A stretch of DNA of 64,000 nt from an uncultured Chloroflexia bacterium (lineage in GTDB: Bacteria > Chloroflexota > Anaerolineae > Promineifilales > Promineifilaceae), in contig CAVOGT010000010.1 in NCBI GenBank assembly GCA_963695535.1, positions 58,738 through 122,737 on the forward strand. The letters are read 5' to 3'. This document shows positions 33,042 to 46,690 of the stretch, piece after piece. The first letter of the stretch is position 1, and every line of letters begins with the position of its first letter. The translations under genes and the position numbers were made by a program. Under the pieces are notes generated by a model that was given only the letters and a program-made list of their open reading frames with translations, did not search any database and had not been told where the DNA came from.

Positions 33042-33678
33042 ATGACTGTAACCAAAGACGAGATCGTACGGTGGTTGGAACAAACGGCAGTCGTACTTCA
33101 CGAGAACAAAGACTATCTGACCCAGCTTGACTCGGCCATCGGCGATGCCGACCACGGCACCAACATGGACCGCGGCTTCACCAAGGTCGTTGAGAAGCTG
33201 CCCACTGTCACCGACAAAGACATCGGCAACATCCTCAAGACAGTCGGCATGACGCTGATCTCCAGCGTGGGCGGGGCCAGCGGGCCGCTCTACGGCACGT
33301 TCTATATGCGCGCCGGGATGGCCGCCGACGCCAAGGAGGAACTGACCGACGAGGAACTTAGTCACCATGCTCCAGGCCGGCGTTGATGGCCTGATCCAAC
33401 GCGGTCGGGCCAACCTGGGCGACAAGACGATGGTCGATGTCTGGCTGCCCGTGCATGGACGCCATGCGCGGCCAGCCTCGCCGACGGCAAGGACACGATC
33501 GCCACTCTGACCGACGCTGTCGGTGTCGCCGACCAGGCGATGAAAGACACCATTCCCATGCAAGCCAAGAAGGGCCGCGCCAGCTATCTGGGCGAGCGCA
33601 GCATCGGTCACCAGGACCCAGGGGCCACATCGTCCTATCTGATTATTAACGAACTGCTACAGGCAGTTGAACAGGTAA
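33042..33678 (+). CDS. dhaL: Dihydroxyacetone kinase subunit L (frameshifted; end approximate)
   Basis: [49 protein letters not shown]. Confidence 0.92.
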
Positions 33679-33770
33679 ATGACCCGCGATGGGGTCACAT
33701 TCCCACACGAGCTTTGAACCGGCGTACGGTCTATGCACCGATCGGCACATTTCACAAAGGAGATAATAAA

Positions 33771-35279
<1,509 letters not shown>

Positions 35280-35298
35280 ACCGTATCATTGCAACTAG

Positions 35299-35340
35299 CA
35301 TGCCGGTGGGTTCGGCGTCATGCTGAACCCGCCGGCACGC
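35299..35340 (+). terminator. Strong hairpin after glpK
   Basis: TGCCGGTGGGTTCGGC...GCTGAACCCGCCGGCA inverted repeat; no clear U-tract. Confidence 0.5.
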
Positions 35341-35497
35341 CATGGATGATTTCAAGGATCGGGCTGGGGCCGTCTAGTGACGGCCGGAGCTAGTTGACAA
35401 TAACTAGTTCTTGGAAACATCCACCACGCCCGATCTTCATGTATCTAGCAGGATAGTCTTTATTCTTGGGAGGTATCCCCATCGATTGAGGTAAGAG

Positions 35498-36659
35498 ATG
35501 GCACCATTTCATGCAGTCATCATCGGCGGAGGAGGAACCGGTGCCGCAGTTGCCCACGATCTGACGCTGCGCGGCCTGAAGGTCACGCTCATCGAACGGG
35601 GCGAGGTCACATCGGGCACCACCGGTCGCCACCACGGCCTGCTCCACAGCGGCGCGCGCTACGCGGTCAAGGACAAGGAGTCGGCCGTTGAGTGCATCGA
35701 AGAGAACATGATTCTGCGCCGGATCGCCCCCGGTTCATTTGAACTGAACGACGGCCTGTTCGTCGCCATCACAGAAGAAGAACAGGCTTATAGTCACGAA
35801 TTTATTGAAGCGTGCCACGATTGCGGCATCCCGGCCAAACGGCTGACGCGCGAAGAAACCTTGCGCGTGGAGCCACGGCTCAACCCGGACCTGAAGATGT
35901 CGGTCCAGGTGCCGGATGCCACCATGGACGCCATGCGCATGCCCTTGCGCTTCTTCGCCACGGCCCAGGCCAACGGCGCCGACATTCGCCCGTTCACCGA
36001 AGTGGTTGACTTTGTTAAGCGCGGCAACGCCATCAGCGCCATTCGCGTCCGCGATCATCGAAGCGAACAAGAGTACGAGATCAGCGGCGATATTTTCATC
36101 AACGCCACCGGTCCCTGGAGCGGCAAGATCGCCGATATGGTCGGCGTCGAGGTGCCCATTCGCCCGTCACCCGGCGTGATGTTGGCCGTCTACGGCCGTC
36201 TGTCCAACATGGTCATCAACCATCTACACGCCTCCGGCGACGGCGACATCATCGTACCCCAGCGCGCCCTGTCGGTCATCGGCACGAGTTCGTGGGTGGT
36301 CGATGACCCCGACAACCTGGGGCTGCCGGAGGACCACATCCAGATGATGGTGGAGATGGGCTCCAAGCTCATTCCGTCGAGTCCGGCAGGCCAAGTTCCG
36401 CGCCGCCTGGTCGGCCGCCCGGCCGCTCATCGGCCCGCGCGGCGCCGACACCGGCCGCGAACTGAGCCGAACGTTCAAGTGCTTCGACCACGTCGATGAG
36501 GGTGTGGAGGGCTTTGTCACGATCACCGGCGGCAAGGCCACCACCCTGCGTGGCATGGCCGAGACAACGGCTAATGTGGTCTGCCAAAAGCTGGGCCATG
36601 ATGTGGCCTGCCCCACCCGCGAAACGGTCTTGCTGCCACACACAGCCTACTACGCTTAG
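35498..36659 (+). CDS. glpA: FAD-dependent glycerol-3-phosphate dehydrogenase, short GlpA-type (~386 aa; one frameshift near 36380)
   Basis: IIGGGGTG, SGTTGRHHGLLHSGARY, ECIEEN, INATGPW; after the shift RPL and TITGGKATTLRGMAE; stop at 36657-36659. Confidence 0.88.
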
Positions 36660-36670
36660 AGGACATCGCT

Positions 36671-37390
36671 ATGGCTGAAAAAACCATTCAATTCAAGGTC
36701 ATGCGCTACAAGCAGGGCCAAACATCGCCGACTTATCAGACATTTCCGGTCACCGTGAATGAGAACACCACCGTGCTGGTGGCCCTGACGGACATCCGTC
36801 GCGATCAGGACAGTTCCCTGGCCCTGCGCCACTCCTGCCACCACGCCAGCTGCGGCACGTGCGGCATGGTCATTAACGGCAAAGAGGAGTTGGCCTGCGT
36901 CGTCAAGGTGCTGGACCTGGACACGCCCACGGTCACGGTGGCGCCGATGAACAATGCCCCGTTGCTGACTGATCTGGTGGTCAACATGAGCCCATTCTAT
37001 GATCGGTTCAACATGGCGGAGCTGCCCTTCATCCGCGAAAGCGAGTATCTGCCCAATGCTGAAGAAGCCGAGGGCATCGAAGCCTATATGCGCTGCGAGA
37101 ACTGTATCGAGTGCGGCCTGTGCGTGTCGGCCTGCCCCATCATGGGCAGCGACCCGGACTACTATGGCCCGGCTGCGTTGGCAGCGGTCAACCGCGTCGT
37201 CGAAGAACCGCGCGGCCTGCGAACCGACCCACTGCTCGATTGGGTCGACAATCAGAAAGGCTGCTGGCGCTGTCATGTGGCCTATGAATGCAGCGAGGTT
37301 TGCCCTTCCGGCGTCGATCCCGGCGGGGCGATCATGTCGCTTCGCCGACAATTGACCAAGCGTCGTTTTCGCCGGCTGCTGGGCGGCTAA
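36671..37390 (+). CDS. SdhB/FrdB-type iron-sulfur subunit
   Basis: SCHHASCGTC..LAC [2Fe-2S]; CIECGLCVSACP; CWRCHVAYECSEVCP. Confidence 0.92.
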   Translation: MAEKTIQFKVMRYKQGQTSPTYQTFPVTVNENTTVLVALTDIRRDQDSSLALRHSCHHASCGTCGMVINGKEELACVVKVLDLDTPTVTVAPMNNAPLLTDLVVNMSPFYDRFNMAELPFIRESEYLPNAEEAEGIEAYMRCENCIECGLCVSACPIMGSDPDYYGPAALAAVNRVVEEPRGLRTDPLLDWVDNQKGCWRCHVAYECSEVCPSGVDPGGAIMSLRRQLTKRRFRRLLGG

Positions 37391-37437
37391 CGACCCGCGC
37401 GTAGCCTTTCGCACTGATTGACAAGGAGAGTTGCAAC

Positions 37438-37842
37438 ATGGATCAAATTCAACCAACGACGGACCCGGCGCGACCGCGCAAACCGTTGAAGTCCTGGTTT
37501 GACGTTCGAGGTCGCAGTGTGGGCACGTGGGCGTTCGCCCTCAATCGCCTGACGGCCGTCGGCCTGACCATCTACCTGTTTCTGCATCTGATCGTCCTCA
37601 GCACCCTGCTGCAAGGTGAAGAGGGCTGGAATGACTTTCTGACCATCGCCCACAGCCCGTTGTTTCTGATACTCGATGTCGTCCTGTTGTTCGGCGTCAT
37701 CTACCATGCCCTCAACGGCACGCGCGTGGCGCTGGTGGGCATGGGCCTGGCGGCACGCGGCCACAAGACGTTGTTCTGGGTGCTGTCGGCCGTTGGTGCA
37801 ATCCTCTTTGTGGTCGGCGCCTATCTGATCTGGACTCTGTGA
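37438..37842 (+). CDS. SdhC-type cytochrome b membrane anchor
   Basis: Three TMs; WAFALNRLTA..LFLHL; YHALNGTR. Confidence 0.87.
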   Translation: MDQIQPTTDPARPRKPLKSWFDVRGRSVGTWAFALNRLTAVGLTIYLFLHLIVLSTLLQGEEGWNDFLTIAHSPLFLILDVVLLFGVIYHALNGTRVALVGMGLAARGHKTLFWVLSAVGAILFVVGAYLIWTL

Positions 37843-37852
37843 CATAGGAGAT

Positions 37853-38254
37853 ATGACTATGCAAACCACTGCATCACGGCGTTCACTGGAAGACATGGCC
37901 GCCCAACGCGACCGCTCCGGATCCTTGTGGGTGTTCCAGGCGTTTTCCGGCCTCTTCCTGGTGTTCATTCTCGGCCTGCACATGATTGCCCATCATTTCA
38001 TTGTTGACGGCGGCCTGCGCGATTACGAGCAGGTGTTGGACTATGTGGCCAACCCGGCCATCTTCATCACTGAAATCCTGTTTGTCATCCTGGCCACCAT
38101 TCATGCGCTGCTGGGCACGCGCGCCATCATTCTCGACCTTCGCCCCAGCCTGGGCGCCACACGGACACTCAACTGGATACTGGGCATCCTGGGCGCCGTT
38201 ACCATTACCTACGGCATCTGGCTGGCATTTGCCCTGCAAGGGCTGGCGGCTTAA
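37853..38254 (+). CDS. SdhD-type membrane anchor
   Basis: Three TMs; WVFQAFSG..LHM; IHALLGTRAIILD. Confidence 0.85.
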   Translation: MTMQTTASRRSLEDMAAQRDRSGSLWVFQAFSGLFLVFILGLHMIAHHFIVDGGLRDYEQVLDYVANPAIFITEILFVILATIHALLGTRAIILDLRPSLGATRTLNWILGILGAVTITYGIWLAFALQGLAA

Positions 38255-38269
38255 CCGTCCACGATTCAC

Positions 38270-38521
38270 ATGGCAAACAAAGACACAGAGGAGACCAAGA
38301 ACACTATGGCTGAAAAAACACCGTCATCCAAGAAGCAAGTTGGCGTCCTAAACTGGCGTGGATGGGTCATTCGCGGCGTTGTCTTGAGCATTCTCACTTT
38401 CGGCTTCGTTGTCTGGCGGCTGCTGCCCATTGTCGGCAATATGGCCTATCTCTACGGCGTCCTCATGGTAGTCGCCATCCTGGGCTGGTTGGGCATTAGC
38501 TACTACTTGTTAAACCGGTAA
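38270..38521 (+). CDS. Small two-TM hypothetical protein (start may be 38306)
   Basis: Basic N-terminus plus two hydrophobic helices; fits between sdhD-like and the methyltransferase. Confidence 0.6.
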   Translation: MANKDTEETKNTMAEKTPSSKKQVGVLNWRGWVIRGVVLSILTFGFVVWRLLPIVGNMAYLYGVLMVVAILGWLGISYYLLNR

Positions 38522-38528
38522 GTGCACC

Positions 38529-39108
38529 ATGTTGGGTCAGGCGGCGCAGACGGACTGGGAGGCGATGTGGGCGCCCTATGACGAGCCAACCTACGCGGAG
38601 GCTTTGTCCCATGTCCCCACGGGCGCGATCGTCCTGGACATCGGCGCCGGCGATCTGCGTTTTGTACGGCTGGCAGCTCTGCGCGCCGGTTTTGTCTATG
38701 CCATAGAGCGTAACCCGGATTTGTTGTCGCCCTCGCTGACGACCGATCTACCCCCCAACATCGAGTTGATCTGTGCCGATGCCCGCATGGTGCCCTTTCC
38801 CGGAAGACGTTGATACGGCCGTCTTGCTCATGCGTCATTGCACTGAATTCGGATTGTTCATGCGCAAACTGGAAGCCGTGGGCTGCCGCACACTCATCAC
38901 CAACGCCCGCTGGGGCATGGGCGTAGAGCGAATCGACCTGAGCCGGAACGCCATACCCTTCGAGCTAAGCCATCCCGGCTGGTACGCCTGTCGCTGTGGC
39001 GCGACCGGTTATCACGAAGGCCCGCCGGAAGAAGTGGCGCTCGGTCATTTTGATACAGTCACTGAAGTAACCGCCTGCCCCGCTTGCGGCGGGGCGGAGA
39101 GAAGCTGA
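38529..39108 (+). CDS. Class I SAM-dependent methyltransferase with Cys-rich C-terminus (frameshift near 38805)
   Basis: VLDIGAGD, VYAIE, ICADA; then WYACRCG...CPAC. Confidence 0.75.
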
Positions 39109-39113
39109 GCGAT

Positions 39114-41633
39114 ATGGTTGGATTAGTCATCGTTTCACACAGCGCAAAACTAGCCGAAGGTGTTAAGGAACTGGCCGACCAGATGACCCAGGGGGCCGTG
39201 GCCATTGCTGCGGCCGGGGGGATTGACGATCCCGACAACCCCATCGGCACCGACCCCATGCGCGTTATGGCGGCCATTGAGTCGGTCGACAGCGGCGACG
39301 GTGTCGTCGTGCTCATGGACCTGGGCAGTGCGTTGCTAAGCGCCGAAATGGCCGCTGGAGTTCCTGTCGCCCGAGTTGCAGGCCAACGTCTTCCTGTCGG
39401 CCGCACCGCTCGTTGAAGGGGCCATGGCGGCCGCGGTTCAGGCGTCGGTAGGAGCCACCGTTGCCCAGGTGTTGGCCGAGGCCCAGTCGGCGTTGGCCGT
39501 GAAAGCGGAGCAGCTGGGCCAGGAACCGGCCGATAGTCAGCCCACCCAAACCGCCGCGCGGGCAGACGACGAGCCCAACCGGGAGCGTCTGACAATTATC
39601 GTCCGCAACCAGCTTGGCCTCCACGCCCGACCGGCGGCACGGTTCGTCACAATCGCCAACCAATTTACGGCCGACATGACCGTCAGCAAAGATGGCCAAA
39701 CAGCCAACGCCAAGAGCATCAATCAGGTGGCGACGCTGGGGGTCCGGCAGGGCGACACCATCACCATTCTCGCGGGCGGACCGGACGCCAAGGCGGCGCT
39801 CGCAGCTATTCAGACTCTGGCCGACGACAACTTTGGCGACGCCGACGAAGCGGAAGCGCCGCAGATGCCGACCCAATCCGCACGCCAAGCCACCTCCGGC
39901 GTACCCGGCGCACTCAGCGGTATCCCGGCCTCGCCGGGCATCGCCATCGGTCCGGCCGCGCTCTATCGACCCAGCCTACCCGACGTGACGGCCCGCACGG
40001 CGGATGACCCAACGGCCGAATGGCAGCGCCTGCAAGAAGCAATCGACGCCGCCATCCAGGAGATCAACGCCCTGCAGCGACAGGCCGTCCGACAGGTCGG
40101 CCGGGCGCGAGGCGGTCATATTCGAGGCCCACGCGCTCGTCCTGCAAGACCCCGCGCTGCAGACAGCCGTTCGCGAACGATTGGACGCCAACAGCGAGAA
40201 TGCTGAGTGGGCCTGGCAGCAGGAGATCGTCGAGCTAGCCGACGACCTATCGGCAAATGGACGACGTCTATATGCAGGCCCGCGCGGCCGATGTTGAGGA
40301 CGTGGGCCGGCGTGTTCTCCAGCAGCTACTGGGCCTGGAGCCGCCGTCCTTAGCGTTTGCCCAACCCTCTATCCTCATCGCCGCCGATCTCAACCCGTCG
40401 GACACGGCCCGTCTGGACCCGGACCGCGTGTTCGGCATCTGCACCGAGTATGGTGGGGCCACGGCCCATAGCGCCATCCTGGCCCGCGCGCTGGGCATCC
40501 CGGCCGTTGTGGGTCTGGGACCTGATCTGTGGCAAATTACTGAGGGTCAACTAGTGGCCGTCGATGGCGAAGCCGGTGTCTGCTGGCCCCAGCCGGACAG
40601 CAACCGCCTGGCTGACCTGCAGCAGAAGCAGCTGACCTGGCAGACCAAACGGCAGGAGGCCAAGGCCGCCGGGCAGGGCACGGCCGTCACGCAAGACGGG
40701 ATAGCCATCGAGATAGCGGCCAACGTGGGCAGCCCCAACGATATCTCGCGCGCCCTGGAATTTGGCGCCGAGGGAGTGGGCCTGTTCCGTACCGAGTTCC
40801 TCTTCATGGATCGTGACAGCGCCCCCAGCGAGGACGAGCAGTTTGAGGCTTACTGCGCCGCTGCCGGCCGGCTCGACGGAGCGCCGCTGATTATTCGCAC
40901 GCTCGATGTGGGTGGAGACAAACCCTTGCCGTATTTGGACCTGGGTGACGAGGCTAATCCGTTCCTCGGCTGGCGCGGCATTCGGTTCTGCCTCGACCGG
41001 CCCCAAATCTTCAAGCCGCAACTGCGGGCCATCCTGCGCGCCGGCGTGACCAGTGACGGTCGTCCGGCCAATGTCAAGATGATGTTCCCCATGATCGGCA
41101 CCGTAGCCGAAGTGCGCGCTGCCCGACGGATCCTGCTGGAAGTCCAGGAGTCCTTGCGCGCAGAAGGTGTGGCCTATGACGAGCACATGGAAGTGGGCAT
41201 CATGATCGAAGTGCCATCGGCCGTGGCTGTGGCTGACCAGTTGGCCCGCGAGGTGGACTTCTTCTCCATTGGCACCAACGACCTGACGCAATATGTGATG
41301 GCCGCTGACCGGGGCAACAGCAAAGTGGCCCCGCTGGTCAATGCCCTGCAGCCGGCCGTGCTGCGCATGATCAAGCAGACGGCCGACGCTGGGCGCTCAG
41401 CCGGCATCTGGACCGGTATGTGTGGCGAATTGGCCGGCAATCCCCTGGCAACGCCGGTGCTGGTTGGTCTGGGTCTGAGCGAGCTAAGCATGAGCGCCCC
41501 AGCCATTCCTCAGGTCAAACAAGCGGTGCGCGCCATAACGATGAGCGAAGCGCAACGTGCGGCCCACGAAGCGCTGGAGCTGACCACGGCTGAAGACGTC
41601 AAGGCCTACCTGCAGACGCTTGCGTCCGCCTAA
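39114..41633 (+). CDS. dhaM: Trimodular DhaM: EIIA(Man-type)-HPr-complete enzyme I (frameshifted)
   Basis: IVSHS, DLGSA; GLHARPA; GGATAHSAILAR, GVGLFRTEF, RTLDVGGDK, GTNDLTQY, GMCGELAG. Confidence 0.88.
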
Positions 41634-41693
41634 GGTTTCCGTTGATTGGAGTCTGCTGCGCCGGCAGCGCAGGCGAGTTATCATTGCTGGGTC

Positions 41694-42062
41694 TCAGTAA
41701 GCGGGGCGGCGTGACTGACAGCGGACACACATCGTGGCATAGGGCAACACGTCCAACCGGCCCGGCGCAATCCGTTCACCACAGGTCAGACAGACGCCGT
41801 AGCTGCCCTCATCCAGGCGCTGGAGAGCCGCTGCGATGTGGTCCAGTTGCTCATGTTCGATGGCTGACAGGGCCAGGTCCCGCTCCCGTTCGGCATATTC
41901 GTCAGCCAAGTCGGAGCGGTCGGGGTTGAAGCTGATCTCACGGCCAACAACATCACCGTCCAGCGCGTCCGCGGGCTGAGCCAAATGACGCAGCAGTCGC
42001 GCACGTTCCGCTTCTAGTTCGGCACGAATGTGATCCAGGTTCAATTCACTAATGCTATCCAT
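41694..42062 (-). CDS. TraR/DksA C4 zinc-finger protein
   Basis: DRSDLA coiled-coil tip; GSYGVCLTCGERI..RL..LPYATMCVRC. Confidence 0.88.
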   Translation of the reverse strand: MDSISELNLDHIRAELEAERARLLRHLAQPADALDGDVVGREISFNPDRSDLADEYAERERDLALSAIEHEQLDHIAAALQRLDEGSYGVCLTCGERIAPGRLDVLPYATMCVRCQSRRPAY

Positions 42063-42315
42063 GTCTCTCTCACGGGCGGCAAATGCATGGCCAGAGGCCG
42101 CTTCAAGTCTCCCTTGTGAGCGACACTGTACACGATCCGTGTCACGCCGATAAGTGACGGAAAGCACGTTCGAATTGGACGAAAGTCACATTCGCCGCTG
42201 TGCTTGCGCCGCGCCCACAGGTGGGGTAGAACCCGGTTGGTTGTGACCGCCGACGACTTCCCCTGGCATGACAGACGGTGTGTCCCAGCTAACACGCAAC
42301 CTGAAGGGGCCACTG

Positions 42316-43086
42316 ATGCAATTGGAAGCGCTCGATCTCGTACTGATTTTCCTGGCGGGCATTGCCGGAGGAGCCATCAACGCCCTCGCCGGGGGCGGCA
42401 CGCTCATTACCTTCCCCCTGCTGACGGCCGTCGGTATCCCCCCGGTCTCGGCCAACGTCACCAACACCGTGGCGCTGGTGCCCGGCTACGTCGGCGGGAT
42501 GTTGGGGCAGGCATCGGATTTGCGCGGCCAGCGGCGGCGTCTGTTGATCCTCATCCCGGCCGGTGCGCTGGGCGGGCTGGCGGGCGGGCTGCTGCTGCTG
42601 GCGACCAGCGAGCGCCTGTTCCGGGAACTGGTGCCCTATCTCATCTTGATTGCGTCGGGCCTGTTGGCCATTCAGGAACCGGTAAAGAAATGGCTGGTCC
42701 AATACAATGAATCCAAGGGTAACACCCGGATCAGCGAGTTCTGGATCGTCTTCCCCATCTTCCTGGCCTCGGTCTATGGTGGTTACTTCGGGGCCGGGTT
42801 GAGCGTCATTCTGTTGGCCGTGATGGGACTGGTCATTGATGATTCGCTGACGCGGATTAACGCGCTGAAACAGGCGGTGGCTTTTGCCACGAACATGACC
42901 GCAGCGCTGTTGTTTGTGTTTTCCGGGCAGGTGGTCTGGCTGGCGGCGGCCGTGATGGCTGTCGGTGCGCTAGGTGGCGGGACTCTGGGCGGGCGGATGG
43001 CCGGGCGAATCAAACCCGCCACCTTACGGCGCACGGTTGTGGCCATCGGCGTGACCGTGGCCATCATCTACTTCATCCGGGGCTAA
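42316..43086 (+). CDS. TauE/SafE family sulfite exporter
   Basis: [14 protein letters not shown]; YGGYFGAG; NALK. Confidence 0.9.
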   Translation: MQLEALDLVLIFLAGIAGGAINALAGGGTLITFPLLTAVGIPPVSANVTNTVALVPGYVGGMLGQASDLRGQRRRLLILIPAGALGGLAGGLLLLATSERLFRELVPYLILIASGLLAIQEPVKKWLVQYNESKGNTRISEFWIVFPIFLASVYGGYFGAGLSVILLAVMGLVIDDSLTRINALKQAVAFATNMTAALLFVFSGQVVWLAAAVMAVGALGGGTLGGRMAGRIKPATLRRTVVAIGVTVAIIYFIRG

Positions 43087-44241
43087 TCAGCCCACAGATG
43101 GCGGGGGCAGATCCGGCGGAACGATCGTGTCGCGAACTCTTTGCCACGTAGCCTGAAGTTGGCTCATGGCGTCCTTGCGGGCGCCCGGCTCTTGATTGCC
43201 CGTCGTGCGCATCAGCGTAGCCAGCCACGCCGAACTTTCAAAGGCTTCCAGGATACTCAATAGCAGTAGCGTCATGGGGATCGCCAGGATGGCCCCTACC
43301 GCCCCCAACAACCAGGCCCACACGATCAGCGAGACGGCCACTACAACCGGGGAAATGCTCAGACGCTCGCCGAACATACGCGGCTTGACGAAATTCTCCA
43401 CCGTGCCGTTGATGACGACGTAGCCTATGAATATGATGAGGGCCGTGACGGTTTTACCCTGCACAAGGGCAATCATGATCGGCGGAATCATGGCAATCCA
43501 GAACCCTACGGCCGGAATGAAGCCCATGATCCACGACAGCATGCCCCACAGGAGCGCCGGGCCGATGCCCAGAAAGAGGAGCAGGATCGTATTACCGATG
43601 GCGACCATCAGGTTGATGAGTGCAGTCAGGTTCACATACTGACGGACCTGAGCCGTCAGCTGTACGAAGCGATTGACGAGCGGCTGATCCGGGTTAAGTC
43701 CGAGGCGATCAGCCGAAGGCAGGGCCAGCGTCGAGGCCAGCATGAACGCAAAGATCAACAGGACGATGAACGCCTGTGAAATACCGCGTACGAGCGAACC
43801 GAGCAGTGTAGTCGCCAAATCGGCCGCGCGCTGGCTCAATACAAGGCTCTCGATCCCGGAGATCAACACGCCGTTGGTTAGCCAGGGGAAGAAAGACGGT
43901 GCATCCGGGTTCGACTCCGCGGCCGCCTGCTGGTCGATAAATGCCTGCTGAAGTTGGGGAATCTCATCCACCAATTGCCCGGCTGTCAGCACAATCAGCA
44001 AAAGCACCAGGCCGATAATGACCAAGACCAGGCCGAACGTAAGCACCAGCGCCAGCCACCCGGGAATTCCCCGGCCGGTCAGCTTGGCCGGCAGAGGCGA
44101 CACGGCAATGGTGATGACAACCGCCAGCAAGATTGGGTTGAGGATATCGGCCGACAGGCGAATGCCAAAAACGATGATAAATATGCCGGCCAGACCGACA
44201 ATCAGATAGAGCAGAGGCTTGGACTTCTCAATCATTAGCAT
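43087..44241 (-). CDS. AI-2E family transporter
   Basis: FIPAVG, ENFVKPR..G..LSISP, WAWLLGAVGAILAIP. Confidence 0.88.
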   Translation of the reverse strand: MLMIEKSKPLLYLIVGLAGIFIIVFGIRLSADILNPILLAVVITIAVSPLPAKLTGRGIPGWLALVLTFGLVLVIIGLVLLLIVLTAGQLVDEIPQLQQAFIDQQAAAESNPDAPSFFPWLTNGVLISGIESLVLSQRAADLATTLLGSLVRGISQAFIVLLIFAFMLASTLALPSADRLGLNPDQPLVNRFVQLTAQVRQYVNLTALINLMVAIGNTILLLFLGIGPALLWGMLSWIMGFIPAVGFWIAMIPPIMIALVQGKTVTALIIFIGYVVINGTVENFVKPRMFGERLSISPVVVAVSLIVWAWLLGAVGAILAIPMTLLLLSILEAFESSAWLATLMRTTGNQEPGARKDAMSQLQATWQRVRDTIVPPDLPPPSVG

Positions 44242-44358
44242 TAAGCGGACCTTTTGCAGTCGCACCTAGCGTTCACTTGATGATTCGATAAGTATATCAA
44301 CTTGAGCCCATTCTGCCTTACAGAACCAAGTTGGACAATTTTGAAGTACACTCCGTCC

Positions 44359-45096
44359 ATGGCCCAACGTATCCCCTATTATGACGAACTTCTGGCCGCG
44401 CTGGCCGAGCCAGACTGCGCCATGTGCCGATTGCTGGACGCCAGCAGCGACCGGCTGGTTGGCGCAATTTTGTTCGAGATGGTCAACGACGTCGGCGTGC
44501 GCGAGGAACTCAATGCCGCGCGCGGCTATTGCCGTCGTCACTCCGAGTTGTTCGTGCGCACCGGCAGCGCGCTGGGGTCGGCCACGATGATGCAGGGTGT
44601 GCTCAAGATGCTCATCCGCACCCTGGACGCAGCCCACATTGACCAGGTCGGTGCGTCGCGCCTGCGGTCGCTGGCACGGTCGGCCAACGTGGGCGTGTCA
44701 CACCCGGCCGCCCGGCAACTGGCTGATGACCTCTCACCTAAGACGCTCTGCCCCATCTGCGCCAACGAGGCCGAGGTCTTCAACCAGGTAGCCGATACGT
44801 TGCTCAACCAGATCGTGCCGGGCAGCGAGTTGGCCGAGGCATATGGCGCCTCCAGTGGCCTGTGCCTCCCCCACTTTCGCGGCGTGGTGGAGCGGGGGCT
44901 GCCCGGCCCGAATCTGACCACGCTGGTGGCCGCGCAACGGGCCATCTGGATGCGACTGGAGGCGGAACTGGAGGAGTTCCTGCGCAAGAGCGACCATCGC
45001 TTTCGTCACGAGAAGTTTGGCGAAGAGCGCGATTCGTGGCAGCGGGCCATCGGCGCTATCTCCGGGCCGCTGCCCGACCACCTGACCCGCGACTGA
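44359..45096 (+). CDS. DUF6062-like protein with two CxxC...GxCxxH repeats
   Basis: CAMC..GYCRRH and CPIC..GLCLPH; C-terminal FLRKSDHRF. Confidence 0.75.
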   Translation: MAQRIPYYDELLAALAEPDCAMCRLLDASSDRLVGAILFEMVNDVGVREELNAARGYCRRHSELFVRTGSALGSATMMQGVLKMLIRTLDAAHIDQVGASRLRSLARSANVGVSHPAARQLADDLSPKTLCPICANEAEVFNQVADTLLNQIVPGSELAEAYGASSGLCLPHFRGVVERGLPGPNLTTLVAAQRAIWMRLEAELEEFLRKSDHRFRHEKFGEERDSWQRAIGAISGPLPDHLTRD

Positions 45097-45202
45097 GGCC
45101 CGCGGCCGGTTCCCTGAAAACCTGTCAAACTCCACAAGGCATTCGGCCAGCCGACTTGCACAATTCCCTTTACTAACAGTGTGACCGCTCTATAATGGGC
45201 CC

Positions 45203-46576
<1,374 letters not shown>

Positions 46577-46690
46577 TCTCACGTCTCGTCTCGACAAGTC
46601 AAGAACCAGCCCGGCGCACCACCCGCTGAAATGAACACGACACTCTGAGGCCGCCCTGACCGATTGCGGCCCTATGGCGACTCACCGTCA

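Noticed and set aside
36671-38254. Annotating these genes as an ordinary succinate dehydrogenase operon
   Set aside because: There is no SdhA/FrdA flavoprotein. The upstream flavoprotein has GlpA motifs (HGLLHSGARY), not the SdhA covalent-FAD motif.
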